From positions 928 through 64,927 of the forward strand of contig JAPLOM010000026.1 of assembly GCA_026400755.1 (NCBI GenBank): 64,000 nucleotides of DNA, in the 5' to 3' direction. Of the stretch, positions 1 to 10,285 are shown one piece after another; the stretch's first letter is position 1, and every line of letters starts with the position of its first letter. The notes under the pieces were generated by a model that was given only the letters and a program-made list of their open reading frames with translations, was not told the DNA's origin and did not search any database. The translations under genes and the position numbers were made by a program. Source of the DNA: Alphaproteobacteria bacterium. GTDB lineage: Bacteria; Pseudomonadota; Alphaproteobacteria; CADEGL01.

Positions 1-2
1 TG

Positions 3-203
3 ACGCCCTATCAGCTCGGCCAGCGTGACGGCTGCGACACGGGCTATTCCGATGCCGGCCGCCCTGGTTACGAGGCCGTGTTCGCGCGCAACGAGTCGCT
101 GTTCAGCAGCAATGAAGACTACAAGCGCGGCTGGATCGAGGGCGAAAAGGCCTGCTACGCGACCGAGATGAACTTCCCGACCATGACGAACGTGGTGCGC
201 TGA
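3..203 (+). CDS. 3' end of a CDS running off the window start (unknown function)
   Basis: Open frame from window edge to TGA 201-203 (...EKACYATEMNFPTMTNVVR*); GC3-rich codon usage. Confidence 0.3.
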   Translation, partial: TPYQLGQRDGCDTGYSDAGRPGYEAVFARNESLFSSNEDYKRGWIEGEKACYATEMNFPTMTNVVR

Positions 204-271
204 CCCCGCGTTAACGGAACCCCCGGCCGCCGCGCGCGTTTGACTCGCGACCCCCTAGACAGGAGTACGCG

Positions 272-541
272 ATGCCCACGAAGCCAGCGAACGAGACAAC
301 GCGTCAGCCCGTACCGGGTTATCCGTCCAAGGACGCCAACAATCCCGGTCGCATCGCCGGCCATGGCGGCGACAATCTGGCGCCCGTCCAGCCCGGCAAG
401 CGCGGCCACGATCTCGATGCGGACCTTAGCACCGAAAAGCGCGGCAACGCCGTGGTCAAGGACGCCGAGGAAGACGAAGAGAATTCCGCCCATGACCGCG
501 CCGAGCGGGTCGAGGGCAACGACGAGGATCAGCGTCACTGA
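272..541 (+). CDS. small acidic hydrophilic hypothetical protein (89 aa)
   Basis: ATG preceded by AGGAG (gacAGGAGtacgcgATG); GC3-biased codons; D/E-rich product, no recognisable domain. Confidence 0.4.
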   Translation: MPTKPANETTRQPVPGYPSKDANNPGRIAGHGGDNLAPVQPGKRGHDLDADLSTEKRGNAVVKDAEEDEENSAHDRAERVEGNDEDQRH

Positions 542-812
542 CGTGAACAAAGCCTCACCCTCTCGCCCTACGGGGTGGGGATCGTGGGGGTAAGTGGGAA
601 ACTGGTGCGCCCTCAAGCCGTTAGAGCCGTTCCTCCCTGTGAAAACATAACAAGAACAATTGCTTGACTCCCCCCGACTGCCGCCTAAACTCGGTTCGGC
701 GCGTCCGCTTGAAAAGTATGATTCGCACATTAAATCATGGACTTGGGTGATAGCCGCGCGGCGCGGTCCTGCGCCGCCGGGCCATCATCCACCGAAAAAA
801 CGGAAGTCTCTC

Positions 813-3125
813 ATGCCGCGCGTCGCCAGCATTTCGCAACAGATCTGGGACATGAAATACCGCCTGAAAGGGGCGGACGGCGCGCCTGTGGACAAAACCA
901 TTGAGGAATCCTGGCGCCGCGTCGCCGACGCCCTGGCCGCGCCGGAGGCAGATGCCGCCGCCTGGTCGGATCGTTTCTACACCGCGCTCGACGATTTCCG
1001 CTTCCTGCCCGCGGGCCGCATCCTGGCCGGCAGTGGCACCAAACGGCAGGTCACGCTGTTCAACTGCTTCGTCATGGGCCAGATCCCCGACCACATGGAA
1101 GGGATCTTCGAGAATTTGAAGGAAGCCGCCCTGACCATGCAGCAGGGCGGCGGCATCGGTTACGACTTCTCGACGCTGCGCCCCAAGGGCGCGCCGGTGA
1201 AAGGCGTGGGCGCCGACGCCTCGGGCCCACTGTCTTTCATGGATGTGTGGGATTCCATGTGCCGCACGATCATGAGCGCGGGCTATCGCCGCGGCGCCAT
1301 GATGGCGACCTTGCGCTGCGATCATCCGGACATCGAGGCCTTCATCGACGCCAAGCGCGAGCCCGGCCGCCTGCGCATGTTCAATCTGTCCGTCCTGATC
1401 ACCGACCCGTTCATGCAGGCGGTGAAGGAGGACGCGCCGTGGGAGCTGAGCTTCAGCGGGACGTGCTTCAAGGTCCTGCGCGCGCGCGAGTTGTGGGACA
1501 AGATCATGCGCGCGACCTATGCCTATGCCGAGCCGGGCGTGATCTTCATCGACCGCATCAACCGGCGGAACAACCTCCATTATTGCGAGACCATCCACGC
1601 CACCAACCCATGCGGCGAGCAGCCCTTGCCGCCGTATGGCGCGTGCCTCTTGGGCTCGATCAATCTCGCGCGCCTGGTGAAGGACCCGTTCGGCGACACG
1701 GCCGCGCTCGACATGGACGAGCTACAGCGCCTGGTGCCGCTGGCCGTGCGGATGATGGACAACACCATCGACGTCTCGAACTTCCCCCTGCCCCAGCAGG
1801 CGCACGAGGCGCGCGCCAAGCGCCGCATCGGCCTGGGTGTCACGGGCTTGGCCGATGCGCTGATCATGTGCCGCGCGCGCTATGGCAGCGAAAGCGCCGT
1901 GCGCCTGACGCACACCTGGATGGCCGCCTTCCGCCGCGCGGCCTATCTGGCGTCGGTCGAACTGGCCAAGGAAAAGGGCGCATTTCCCCTGTTCGAGCGC
2001 GACAAGTATCTGGCGGGCGAGACGATCGAGGAGATCGACCTGGACGTGCGCGAAGCCATCGCCGCGCACGGCATCCGCAACGCCCTCGTCACGTCCATCG
2101 CGCCGACCGGCACCATCTCGCTGTTCGCCGACAACGTCTCCTCGGGCATCGAGCCCGTGTTCAGCTATGCCTACACGCGCAACGTTCTGATGCCCGATGG
2201 CACGCGGCGCGAGGAAGAGGTCAGCGACTTCACCTATCGCCTCTACCGGCGCATGCATGGCGAGGCAGCCCCCCTGCCCGACTATTTCGTCGACGCCCAG
2301 ACGCTGGCGCCCCAGGACCATGTCGTCATGCAGGCGGCCGTGCAGGGCTATATCGACAGCTCGATCTCGAAGACCATTAACTGCCCGGCGGACATCACCT
2401 TCGAGCAATTCAAGGACGTCTATCTCTCGGCCTATGACCTGGGCTGCAAGGGCTGCACGACCTATCGGCCCAACGACGTCACGGGCGCCGTGCTGGAGGT
2501 GAAGAAACCGGCCGAACCCGCGCGGGAGCCGGAGCTGCCGTTGGAAAAGCCGGTCGCGCGCCCGGCGGACATCTACGAAGCCGGCGGCATCGTCTATATG
2601 ACGCGCCCCTTGGACCGGCCCGAGGCGCTGCCCGGAAACACCTACAAGATCCGCTGGACGGACACGGATCACGCCATCTACATCACGCTGAACGACATCG
2701 TGCAGGATGGCCGCCGGCGTCCCTTCGAGGTCTTCATCAACTCGAAGAGCATGGAGCACTATGCCTGGACGGTCGCGCTCACGCGTATGATCAGCGCGGT
2801 GTTCCGGCGCGGCGGCGACGTCTCCTTCGTGGTCGACGAGCTGAAGGCCGTGTTCGATCCGCGCGGCGGCCAATGGTCCGACGGCCGCTACATTCCCTCG
2901 CTCCTGGCCGCGATCGGCGGGGTGATCGAGAAGCACATGATCGAGATCGGCTTCCTGCCGCGTACGGGCGATCCGGATGCGTCGATCACCGACCGCAAGG
3001 TCGTAGGCCTGGAAGATGGCGCGCGCCACCAGTTGCGTCAGTGCCCGCGCTGCAGCCAGCCCAGCATGATCCGTCAGGAAAATTGCGACGTCTGTACGTC
3101 CTGCGGCCACTCCAAATGCGCGTGA
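813..3125 (+). CDS. nrdJ: adenosylcobalamin-dependent ribonucleoside-diphosphate reductase (class II RNR)
   Basis: 770-aa product with class II RNR hallmarks (SISQQIWDMKYRLK N-terminus, NPCGEQPLP catalytic region, C-terminal CxxC...C tail); start chosen at MPRVASISQQ with GGAAG upstream. The ORF track opens earlier at 660. Confidence 0.9.
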   Translation: MPRVASISQQIWDMKYRLKGADGAPVDKTIEESWRRVADALAAPEADAAAWSDRFYTALDDFRFLPAGRILAGSGTKRQVTLFNCFVMGQIPDHMEGIFENLKEAALTMQQGGGIGYDFSTLRPKGAPVKGVGADASGPLSFMDVWDSMCRTIMSAGYRRGAMMATLRCDHPDIEAFIDAKREPGRLRMFNLSVLITDPFMQAVKEDAPWELSFSGTCFKVLRARELWDKIMRATYAYAEPGVIFIDRINRRNNLHYCETIHATNPCGEQPLPPYGACLLGSINLARLVKDPFGDTAALDMDELQRLVPLAVRMMDNTIDVSNFPLPQQAHEARAKRRIGLGVTGLADALIMCRARYGSESAVRLTHTWMAAFRRAAYLASVELAKEKGAFPLFERDKYLAGETIEEIDLDVREAIAAHGIRNALVTSIAPTGTISLFADNVSSGIEPVFSYAYTRNVLMPDGTRREEEVSDFTYRLYRRMHGEAAPLPDYFVDAQTLAPQDHVVMQAAVQGYIDSSISKTINCPADITFEQFKDVYLSAYDLGCKGCTTYRPNDVTGAVLEVKKPAEPAREPELPLEKPVARPADIYEAGGIVYMTRPLDRPEALPGNTYKIRWTDTDHAIYITLNDIVQDGRRRPFEVFINSKSMEHYAWTVALTRMISAVFRRGGDVSFVVDELKAVFDPRGGQWSDGRYIPSLLAAIGGVIEKHMIEIGFLPRTGDPDASITDRKVVGLEDGARHQLRQCPRCSQPSMIRQENCDVCTSCGHSKCA

Positions 3126-3137
3126 GCGCGCGGCCGA

Positions 3138-3686
3138 TCAGCCGTTAAAGCCCTCGGCGGCCAGGCGGCGGACGATCTCGCACAGGAGTTTCAGGCTGGG
3201 CTCGTCGACGCCCAACTCCTCCAGGTGCTTCACCGTGTTCTCCAGGTAATCCCGGTTGGGCCCACGCTGGCCCAAACCGCGGCAGATCAACGCCGCCGTT
3301 TCTTCCGGCGTCAACTCGCCCGCGTATTCGGGATGGGTCGAATCGGCGACATAAGTCTGCGCCTCGACATACTGCGAGCCGACCTTCACCCGCAGCTTCT
3401 TCGGCGTATAGACATAGGTGGTCATCTCGCGATCGGTCAGATAGTCAAGCGCGGCTGGCACATCGCCCGCCGCGACGCGAAATGCCATGCCAAGGCAGTG
3501 TCCACCGGGTCGCAGCCCCAGCACAAGCCCGGGCTTCTCCTTGGTGCCGCGATACTGGTGGGAAAAGATGCAGAAAGCGCGGTGATAGCCTTCGAGCAGG
3601 GCGGGCACGGCCTCCTCGTGGCGGAAGCTCGGATCCCACATCAGGGAGCCGTAGCCGAAGACCCAGATATCGCCATTCGTGGTCAT
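3138..3686 (-). CDS. chaC: ChaC-family gamma-glutamylcyclotransferase
   Basis: FGYGSLMW motif and overall ChaC/GGCT fold signature in 182-aa product. Confidence 0.85.
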   Translation of the reverse strand: MTTNGDIWVFGYGSLMWDPSFRHEEAVPALLEGYHRAFCIFSHQYRGTKEKPGLVLGLRPGGHCLGMAFRVAAGDVPAALDYLTDREMTTYVYTPKKLRVKVGSQYVEAQTYVADSTHPEYAGELTPEETAALICRGLGQRGPNRDYLENTVKHLEELGVDEPSLKLLCEIVRRLAAEGFNG

Positions 3687-3729
3687 GGAGATTGGGTAGC
3701 GAAATCCGGCGGCTCTGCCAAGCCGGACG

Positions 3730-4977
3730 CTAAGATTTGGCCGGGCCGCCGTCGAGGCGGTCCAGTTTGCGCAAGGCAGGGGAACCGAAGCACCAGAAGC
3801 CCACGATCAGGAGGGTGGCCGTCCCGCCCAGCACGACCGACCCCACGGGCCCAAACCAGGCGGCCGTGATGCCCGATTCGAACTCTCCGAGCTGGTTCGA
3901 GGTGCCGATGAACAGCGAGTTCACCGCGCTGACGCGGCCGCGAATGGCATCGGGTGTCCAGATCTGCACAAGCGTGGAGCGAATCACCACACTCACCATG
4001 TCGGCCGCGCCGGCGACCGCGAGCGCGGCGAAGGAGATCGGCGCGGAAGCCGAAAGGCCGAAGGCGATTGTGGCCGCGCCGAACACCGCCACCGCCGCCA
4101 GCATAGTGACGCCGACATGCCGGCGCGGCGGACGGCGCGTCAGCACCAGGCCTATGGCCAAGCCGCCCACGGCCGGCGCGCTGCGCAGAAGTCCCATACC
4201 GAGCGGACCGATGGACAGAATATCGCGGGCAAAAATCGGCAGCAGCGCCACCGCACCGCCGAACAGGACGCCGAACATGTCGAGCGAAATCGCACCCAAC
4301 ACCACCTTGTTGCGCAAAATGAACTCAAGGCCGCTCAGGACCCCGCGCAGGGTCACGGGCTCGCGCGAGGCCGGACGCCGGGACGCCGGCAGGAAAAGCA
4401 CCAAGGACACTGCCATGGTCAGCAACGCCACGGCGACCGCGAAAGGCACGGTCGCGCCGAATACGTAAAGCAGCCCGCCCAGAGCGGGCGCGATCACGAA
4501 GGCCGATTGGTTGGACATGGAGGACCAGGCGGCGGCGCGCGGAAACTCCGCCGCCGGCACCAGGCCGGGCAAAAGCGAACTGAAGGCAGGATACTCGAAG
4601 GCGCGCGCCGCGCCGTAACACGCCACGATCGCGAAGACGGCGATCACCGGAACATGGTCCATGGTCGAAAGGGCCGCCAGCGCCAACGCGCAAAGCCCCT
4701 CCACACCCATCGCCGCCATGAGGACATAGCGGCGCGGATAGCGGTCGATGATCTGACCGGCAGGCAACGCGAGGCCCACGGTTGGCAGGAATTGCGCCAG
4801 GCCGATCAAGCCCAGATCGATCGCGCTGCCGGTCAAGGCATAGACATACCATCCGACGGCGACCGCCAGCACTTGCGCCGCGGAAATGGCGCTGAACCGC
4901 GCGGCCATGAACAGCGCGAGCACGCGTGGGGAGAAGGCCGCACCGAACGCGCCATCGTCCGAGGTGGAAGAATTCAT
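3730..4977 (-). CDS. MFS transporter
   Basis: 415-aa, ~12 predicted TM segments, MFS-type sequence (EntS/ENTS-like). Confidence 0.85.
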   Translation of the reverse strand: MNSSTSDDGAFGAAFSPRVLALFMAARFSAISAAQVLAVAVGWYVYALTGSAIDLGLIGLAQFLPTVGLALPAGQIIDRYPRRYVLMAAMGVEGLCALALAALSTMDHVPVIAVFAIVACYGAARAFEYPAFSSLLPGLVPAAEFPRAAAWSSMSNQSAFVIAPALGGLLYVFGATVPFAVAVALLTMAVSLVLFLPASRRPASREPVTLRGVLSGLEFILRNKVVLGAISLDMFGVLFGGAVALLPIFARDILSIGPLGMGLLRSAPAVGGLAIGLVLTRRPPRRHVGVTMLAAVAVFGAATIAFGLSASAPISFAALAVAGAADMVSVVIRSTLVQIWTPDAIRGRVSAVNSLFIGTSNQLGEFESGITAAWFGPVGSVVLGGTATLLIVGFWCFGSPALRKLDRLDGGPAKS

Positions 4978-5112
4978 GCGTCTCCCTTACGGTCCTCTCT
5001 GCCGTTCGTCGAGAACCTTACCCATGCCACAGGCGAATGGCAGCCTGCATGACGAAGCTTTCTCGCGACCGCCGTCTAAAACACTATGGGCCGATTGCCC
5101 GCCGGAGAGCCC

Positions 5113-6135
5113 ATGTCCCTGCGCCGCCTGTTCGTGATCGCCGCCGCCTTGGCCCTGCTGATAGGGCTTTGGTGCGCCGGCTGGTTCTATGCCGCCGATC
5201 AGGCGCGCAAGCGGATGGCGGCGTGGACCGCCGCGCAGCAGGCGGCCGGAAACGTCGTGGCCTACGACACGCTAGCGGTCGGTGGCTTTCCCTTCCGCAT
5301 CGTCGTCGCGATCGAAGGGCCGGCCTACGGCACGCCGATTTACCGCTGGCAGGCCATCTCCCTCGCCCTGGCCTTCCAGCCTTGGAACCTGCACCGCTTC
5401 GGCTTTCGCACGGCGGGCGCGCAACGGCTGGACATCGCGACGGGCAACAAGATCGAAACCATCCACTTGAAAATGGATCAGGCGGACGGCACCGGTTCGT
5501 TCGACGCGGTCGGCAACATGTCCGCGTTTGAAAGCGAGTTCCGCACTCTATCGATCGCCATCGAGCAAGGACCGGTCTACGGCTTTAACACCCTGCGCAT
5601 CGAAGGGCGCGTACCGGCCAATCCCATCCCCAAGCCCGACGGGACATCGCTGGAACTAGCCTTTGCCGCCGACCAGATCGCGTTGCCCGCCGATCAGGCG
5701 ATCCTGGCGCCGCAGATCGAGCGCGCTGCCGGCACCATCGCCTTCAACGGCCGGCTACCGGCGCAGCCGCTGATCCCCGCACTCATCGCATGGCGCGACG
5801 CGGGCGGCGCGATCGACTTCGCGCGTGTGTCGTTGCGGTGGGGGGCCTTGTCGGTCGAAGGCGACGGCACGGTCGCGCTCGATAACGCGCTTCAGCCGCT
5901 GGCAGCCTCGTCTTTACAAATTTCAGGCTTCAACGAAACGCTGGACCGCCTGGCCGCAGCCGGCGCGATCCGGCCCGATGTGGCGGGAGCCACGAAATTC
6001 GCCCTGGGACTTATCGCGAAGAAGCCCGACGGCGGCGGGCCGCCGGTCGCTTCCGTGCCGGTTTCGATCCAGAGCCAGCAGGTTTTCGTGGGGCCGATCG
6101 TGGTTTCGCACCTGCAGCCGATCCGTTGGGAGTAG
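5113..6135 (+). CDS. membrane-anchored hypothetical protein (DUF2125-like)
   Basis: N-terminal TM helix (LFVIAAALALLIGLWCAGWFY) followed by soluble domain; GGAGAG RBS before ATG at 5113. Confidence 0.6.
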   Translation: MSLRRLFVIAAALALLIGLWCAGWFYAADQARKRMAAWTAAQQAAGNVVAYDTLAVGGFPFRIVVAIEGPAYGTPIYRWQAISLALAFQPWNLHRFGFRTAGAQRLDIATGNKIETIHLKMDQADGTGSFDAVGNMSAFESEFRTLSIAIEQGPVYGFNTLRIEGRVPANPIPKPDGTSLELAFAADQIALPADQAILAPQIERAAGTIAFNGRLPAQPLIPALIAWRDAGGAIDFARVSLRWGALSVEGDGTVALDNALQPLAASSLQISGFNETLDRLAAAGAIRPDVAGATKFALGLIAKKPDGGGPPVASVPVSIQSQQVFVGPIVVSHLQPIRWE

Positions 6136-7027
6136 CGTCGGAGGCCTGCCCGGCCTCGACGATGCCGCGACGGATCGCGCGCGTGCGCGTGAACAGGTCC
6201 TGAAGCGTATCGCCTTCGCCCCACCGGATCGCGCGCTGCAGCGCCGTCATGTCCTCGGTGAAGCGCTGGAGCATCTCCAGAACCGGCTCGCGGTTGTTCA
6301 GGAAGATGTCGCGCCACATCACGGGATCGGAGGCGGCGATGCGCGTGAAATCGCGAAAACCGCCGGCGGAATACTTGAACACTTCGCCCTGCATGTCTTC
6401 GCTCAGACGCGTCGCCGTGCCCACGATCGTGTAGGCGATGACATGGGGCACGTGCGAGGTGATGGCCAAGATGAAATCGTGGTGCTGCGCGTCCATGGAC
6501 GTGACGCGCATGCCCGCGCCCTTCCAAAGGGCCTCGACCTTCTCCACCGCCTTTTTCGGCACGTCGGCCGTGGGCGTCAGAAGACACCAGCGGTTCTCGA
6601 ACAGCTCGGCGAAGCCGGCTTCCGGCCCCGAATGCTCGGTACCCGCGATGGGATGGCCGGGCACCAGATGGACGCCATCCGGCAGATGCGGGCCGACGTC
6701 GCGGATGACGCACTGCTTGGCCGAGCCCACGTCGCTGACGATCGCGCCGCGCCTCAAGGCAGGCGCGATCCGCTGGGCGATGTCGGCATAGGTGCCGAGC
6801 GGTGAACACAACATGACCAGATCGGCGCCGCGCACGGCCTCGGCCGGATCTTCGTACATGCGTTCGACCAGCCCCAGTTCCAGCGCCTTGGAGCGCGTAG
6901 CCTCGGAGCGGGCGCAGCCGACCAGACTGCGCGCCAGCCCGTGCTTCTTGCAGGCACGGGCCAGCGACGAGCCGATCAGGCCGATGCCGATGAAGGCGAT
7001 GCGATCGAACAGGAATTTCTTGGCCAT
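6011..7027 (-). CDS. tyrC: cyclohexadienyl/prephenate dehydrogenase
   Basis: NAD-binding GIGLIGSS motif, TyrA-family core. The Arg/Pro-rich C-terminal tail overlaps the convergent upstream CDS by ~125 bp, so the true stop is uncertain. Confidence 0.85.
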   Translation of the reverse strand: MAKKFLFDRIAFIGIGLIGSSLARACKKHGLARSLVGCARSEATRSKALELGLVERMYEDPAEAVRGADLVMLCSPLGTYADIAQRIAPALRRGAIVSDVGSAKQCVIRDVGPHLPDGVHLVPGHPIAGTEHSGPEAGFAELFENRWCLLTPTADVPKKAVEKVEALWKGAGMRVTSMDAQHHDFILAITSHVPHVIAYTIVGTATRLSEDMQGEVFKYSAGGFRDFTRIAASDPVMWRDIFLNNREPVLEMLQRFTEDMTALQRAIRWGEGDTLQDLFTRTRAIRRGIVEAGQASDATPNGSAAGAKPRSAPRKPAGSGSKPARKRPAARRRRASSR

Positions 7028-7038
7028 GACGGCGCGTC

Positions 7039-8127
7039 CTAACGCATGAAAGCGGCAAGTGAGTCGCGCGTCGCGCGCAACTCGGCTTCGGTGCCGATGG
7101 TGATTCGCAAGCCGTCGGGCAGTCCGTAAGCGCCCACCTTGCGCACGATGATGCCGTCCTTGTTCAGATGGGCGTTGGCGGCGTCGGCATTGCGTTTCGG
7201 GTCATTCGGAAACCGCGCCAGGATGAAATTGGCCTGGCTGTCCGGCACGTCGAGGCCCATGCCACGCAACTCGTCGCTGAACCAGGGCAGCCAACGGTCG
7301 TTGTGCGCCTTGCACGCGGCCGCGAACTCCAAATCCTCCAGCGCCGCGACCGCCGCGGCCTGGGCTGGAAGCGCGACATTGAACGGCCCGCGGATGCGGT
7401 TGACCACGTCGGCGATCGCGGGCGGGCAGTAGGCCCAGCCCAGGCGCAGGCCCGCCAGGCCGAAGAACTTGGAGAAGGTGCGCGACATCACGCTGTTCTC
7501 GCCGCCATCGACCAGCTCCTGGCCGGCCGAGCAATCGGCCGCGCGCGCAAACTCGGTATAAGCTGCATCGACGATCAGCAAAACATCGCCGGGCAGGCCG
7601 TCACGCAGACACCGCAACTCCGACTTCGGCAGATAAGTGCCCGTCGGATTGTTGGGATTGGCCAGGAAGACCAAGCGCGTCCTGGGGGTGACCGCCGCCA
7701 GGATCGCATCGACCGAAGCGGTCAGGTTCTTCTCAGGCACGCGCACCGGCACGGCACCGGCCGCCCGTGCGGCGATGGGATAGAGCAGAAAGCCATGGGC
7801 GCTGTAGACAATCTCCTCGCCTGGCACCGCATAGGCTTGCGCGAGGAGAAGCAAAAGATCGCCCGAGCCGCGCCCGCAGACGATGCGCGCTGGGTCCAGG
7901 TTGAAGCGCTTGCCCAGCGCCAGGCGAAGCTGGATCGAATCGCCGTCCGGATAACGCCACAGGTCGTCGGCCGCCGCGCGATAGGCTTCGATGGCCTTGG
8001 GGCTGGAGCCCAACGCATTTTCGTTGGATGACAGTTTGATGACCTTGCTCTTGCCCGCAAGGGACGAGAGGCCCGGAACATAGGCCGCGATCTCCTGGAT
8101 CGCGGCGCGCGGTTTGGGAGCGGACAT
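7039..8127 (-). CDS. hisC: histidinol-phosphate / aromatic aminotransferase
   Basis: Class-II PLP aminotransferase signature (SRTFSKFFGLAGLRLGW); 12 bp upstream of tyrC as in the alphaproteobacterial hisC-tyrC operon. Confidence 0.85.
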   Translation of the reverse strand: MSAPKPRAAIQEIAAYVPGLSSLAGKSKVIKLSSNENALGSSPKAIEAYRAAADDLWRYPDGDSIQLRLALGKRFNLDPARIVCGRGSGDLLLLLAQAYAVPGEEIVYSAHGFLLYPIAARAAGAVPVRVPEKNLTASVDAILAAVTPRTRLVFLANPNNPTGTYLPKSELRCLRDGLPGDVLLIVDAAYTEFARAADCSAGQELVDGGENSVMSRTFSKFFGLAGLRLGWAYCPPAIADVVNRIRGPFNVALPAQAAAVAALEDLEFAAACKAHNDRWLPWFSDELRGMGLDVPDSQANFILARFPNDPKRNADAANAHLNKDGIIVRKVGAYGLPDGLRITIGTEAELRATRDSLAAFMR

Positions 8128-8136
8128 GGACGTTTC

Positions 8137-8967
8137 CTAGCCGCGCGGCTCCGCGCCCATCAGCGCGGGAGAGACGGGAACGGCATAGCCGCCGACATGG
8201 CGGGCCAAACGGGCCAGACGCGCATCGTCCGGCGCCACATAGCCGTCGATCTCGACCAGGTGCAGCCACATCTGGCGGCCGGCGTCCTGCCACGAGGCCG
8301 CGAAGCTGACGGGCAGGTCCGTCTTGGTGAAGGCGTCCTTAAGACCCGAGCGGCTGACCGCATCCGTGGTCTCAAGCGCGAGGAAGGAACGATCGTCGCC
8401 GGTTTCAGCCTGCTCGACCCGCGCCACGACCAAGGCTTCGGCCGCCGGCTGTCCCGGCACGGCGAACGGCAGGCGCGCCGCGATGAAGGGACGCGCCTCG
8501 TCGTTACCGAACAGCATGGGCCACCAGGGACGCTCCTCGCCCTCCCGCGGCAGGGGCAGAACGGCCAGGCTCGCGTTTCCCTCGCGCAACGCACCCAACG
8601 CCTGACACGCCGTGCGGAACGCCGCGATGGAGGTGGATGAACCATACTCCTCGCGCACGAGTGGCAGCATGTCCGGCCCGTCGCTCGCGACCGCGATCGA
8701 GAAAGAGCCCTGCATGCGGAGAAATGCGCTGATGATCTCGCGCCAAAGACGCACCAAAACTTCGCGCGGGAACTTCCCACTGTGACGCTTTAACAGGCGG
8801 CGCAGGATGGCGGCCTCGCGTCCAGGCCGGAAGGTCGGCCCCCCCGTCTTGGCGGCCCCAATGGCGGCAACAAGCTCCGTCCGCCGCATGATCAGGTCAT
8901 GCAGCGAATCGTCGATCCCGTCGATCTCTCGACGCAATTCGTCGAGCGTTTTCGAAGTCCGCGACAT
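8137..8967 (-). CDS. chorismate mutase family protein (CM_2 N-domain + uncharacterised C-domain)
   Basis: N-terminal AroQ chorismate mutase motif (LDELRREIDGIDDSLHDLIMRRTELV); start trimmed to MSRTSK. Forms an operon with hisC/tyrC. Confidence 0.75.
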   Translation of the reverse strand: MSRTSKTLDELRREIDGIDDSLHDLIMRRTELVAAIGAAKTGGPTFRPGREAAILRRLLKRHSGKFPREVLVRLWREIISAFLRMQGSFSIAVASDGPDMLPLVREEYGSSTSIAAFRTACQALGALREGNASLAVLPLPREGEERPWWPMLFGNDEARPFIAARLPFAVPGQPAAEALVVARVEQAETGDDRSFLALETTDAVSRSGLKDAFTKTDLPVSFAASWQDAGRQMWLHLVEIDGYVAPDDARLARLARHVGGYAVPVSPALMGAEPRG

Positions 8968-9109
8968 AGGGGCCAGCCAGTCCAATGAAGGGCGGCAGTA
9001 GTAGCTGTTTTTCCCTGAAAATTCAAAGAAGACATTGACTTCCCAGCCGCTTGGAAACATCTATGCCAACGCCGACGCAACGGCTTTTCGAGGGGTTCTA
9101 CCCACGCCG

Positions 9110-10285
9110 ATGAGCGCCGTTTCGACCGACGCGCCCAAGATCACCTGGCCCGCCGAGCTGCCGGGCCACCGCCTGACCTTCGACGCAAGCCAGCCTATGC
9201 GGCTGGATAGCGGGGCGGAGGTGGGCCCCTTCACCATCGCCTATCAGACCCATGGCACGCTCAACGCCGAGCGATCGAACGCCATTCTGATCTGCCATGC
9301 CCTGACCGGCGACCAGTACGTGATCGGGCAGCATCCCGTGACGGGCAAGCCGGGCTGGTGGCAGTTCATGGTCGGGCCGGGCAAGCCGATCGACACCGAC
9401 CGCTATTTCGTCATCAGCAGTAACGTGCTGGGCGGCTGTCTCGGCACGACCGGACCCAAGGACGTCAACCCGGCGACGGGTTGTCCCTATGGCACCAGCT
9501 TTCCGGTCATCACCATCGCCGACATGGTGCGGGCGCAGAAGCTGTTGATCGACCACCTAGGCATCGAAAAGCTGTTCTGCGTCACGGGCGGTTCGATGGG
9601 CGCCATGCAGGCCTTGCAATGGGCGGCCAGCTATCCCGAGCGGGTCTTCGCCGCCGTGCCCATCGCGGGCGCGGCGCGCCACTCGGCCCAGAACATCGCG
9701 TTCCACGAGGTCGGCCGTCAGGCCATCATGGCCGACCCCGACTGGTGCGAAGGCGATTACTTGATCGAAGGTAAGAACCCGCGCCGCGGTCTAGCCGTGG
9801 CGCGCATGGCCGCGCACATCACCTATCTTTCGGAAACCGCTCTGCACCGCAAGTTCGGCCGCAATCTTCAGGATCGGCAGAAGGTGACCTACGGGTTCGA
9901 CGCGGATTTCGAGGTCGAGAGTTATCTGCGGCACCAGGGCAGCACCTTCGTCGAACGCTTCGACGCCAACTCCTATCTCTACATCACTCGCGCGATGGAC
10001 TATTTCGACCTGGCCGTGGAGTTCGGCGGCGCCCTGCCCAATGCCTTTCGCGGCAGCAAGGTGCGCTATTGCCTGATCTCCTTCACCGGCGACTGGCTGT
10101 TCCCGACCTCGGAGAGCCGCGCCATCGTGCAAGCGCTCAACGCCGTCGCGGCCAATGTCAGCTTCGTCGAGATCAAGAGTGACAAGGGCCACGACGCGTT
10201 CCTGCTGGACGAGCCGGAGTTCGCCAAGACACTGAACGGCTTCCTGAACGGTTGCGCCGAGCATCGCGGACTCGCGCGCCGATGA
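9110..10285 (+). CDS. metX: homoserine O-acetyltransferase
   Basis: alpha/beta-hydrolase MetX signature ([13 protein letters not shown] nucleophile elbow, conserved spacing); alternative start at 9035. Confidence 0.85.
   Translation: MSAVSTDAPKITWPAELPGHRLTFDASQPMRLDSGAEVGPFTIAYQTHGTLNAERSNAILICHALTGDQYVIGQHPVTGKPGWWQFMVGPGKPIDTDRYFVISSNVLGGCLGTTGPKDVNPATGCPYGTSFPVITIADMVRAQKLLIDHLGIEKLFCVTGGSMGAMQALQWAASYPERVFAAVPIAGAARHSAQNIAFHEVGRQAIMADPDWCEGDYLIEGKNPRRGLAVARMAAHITYLSETALHRKFGRNLQDRQKVTYGFDADFEVESYLRHQGSTFVERFDANSYLYITRAMDYFDLAVEFGGALPNAFRGSKVRYCLISFTGDWLFPTSESRAIVQALNAVAANVSFVEIKSDKGHDAFLLDEPEFAKTLNGFLNGCAEHRGLARR

Noticed and set aside
155-730. 191-aa minus-strand ORF and several overlapping short ORFs upstream of nrdJ
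   Set aside because: No domain, Arg/Ser-rich, overlaps a better-supported plus-strand small ORF and the nrdJ leader; typical spurious GC-rich frame
1247-3110. Large alternative-frame and antisense ORFs inside nrdJ (377 aa +, 462 aa -)
   Set aside because: Overlap the conserved class II RNR frame; low-complexity Arg/Gly/Ala-rich products without domains
8990-9110. Possible SAM-II riboswitch upstream of metX
   Set aside because: SAM-II is common before alphaproteobacterial metX, but this leader lacks the conserved A-rich 3' strand (GCUAAAAA) and U-rich loop of SAM-II. Only a CUUGG and a weak hairpin are present. Would need an Rfam RF00521 scan to revisit
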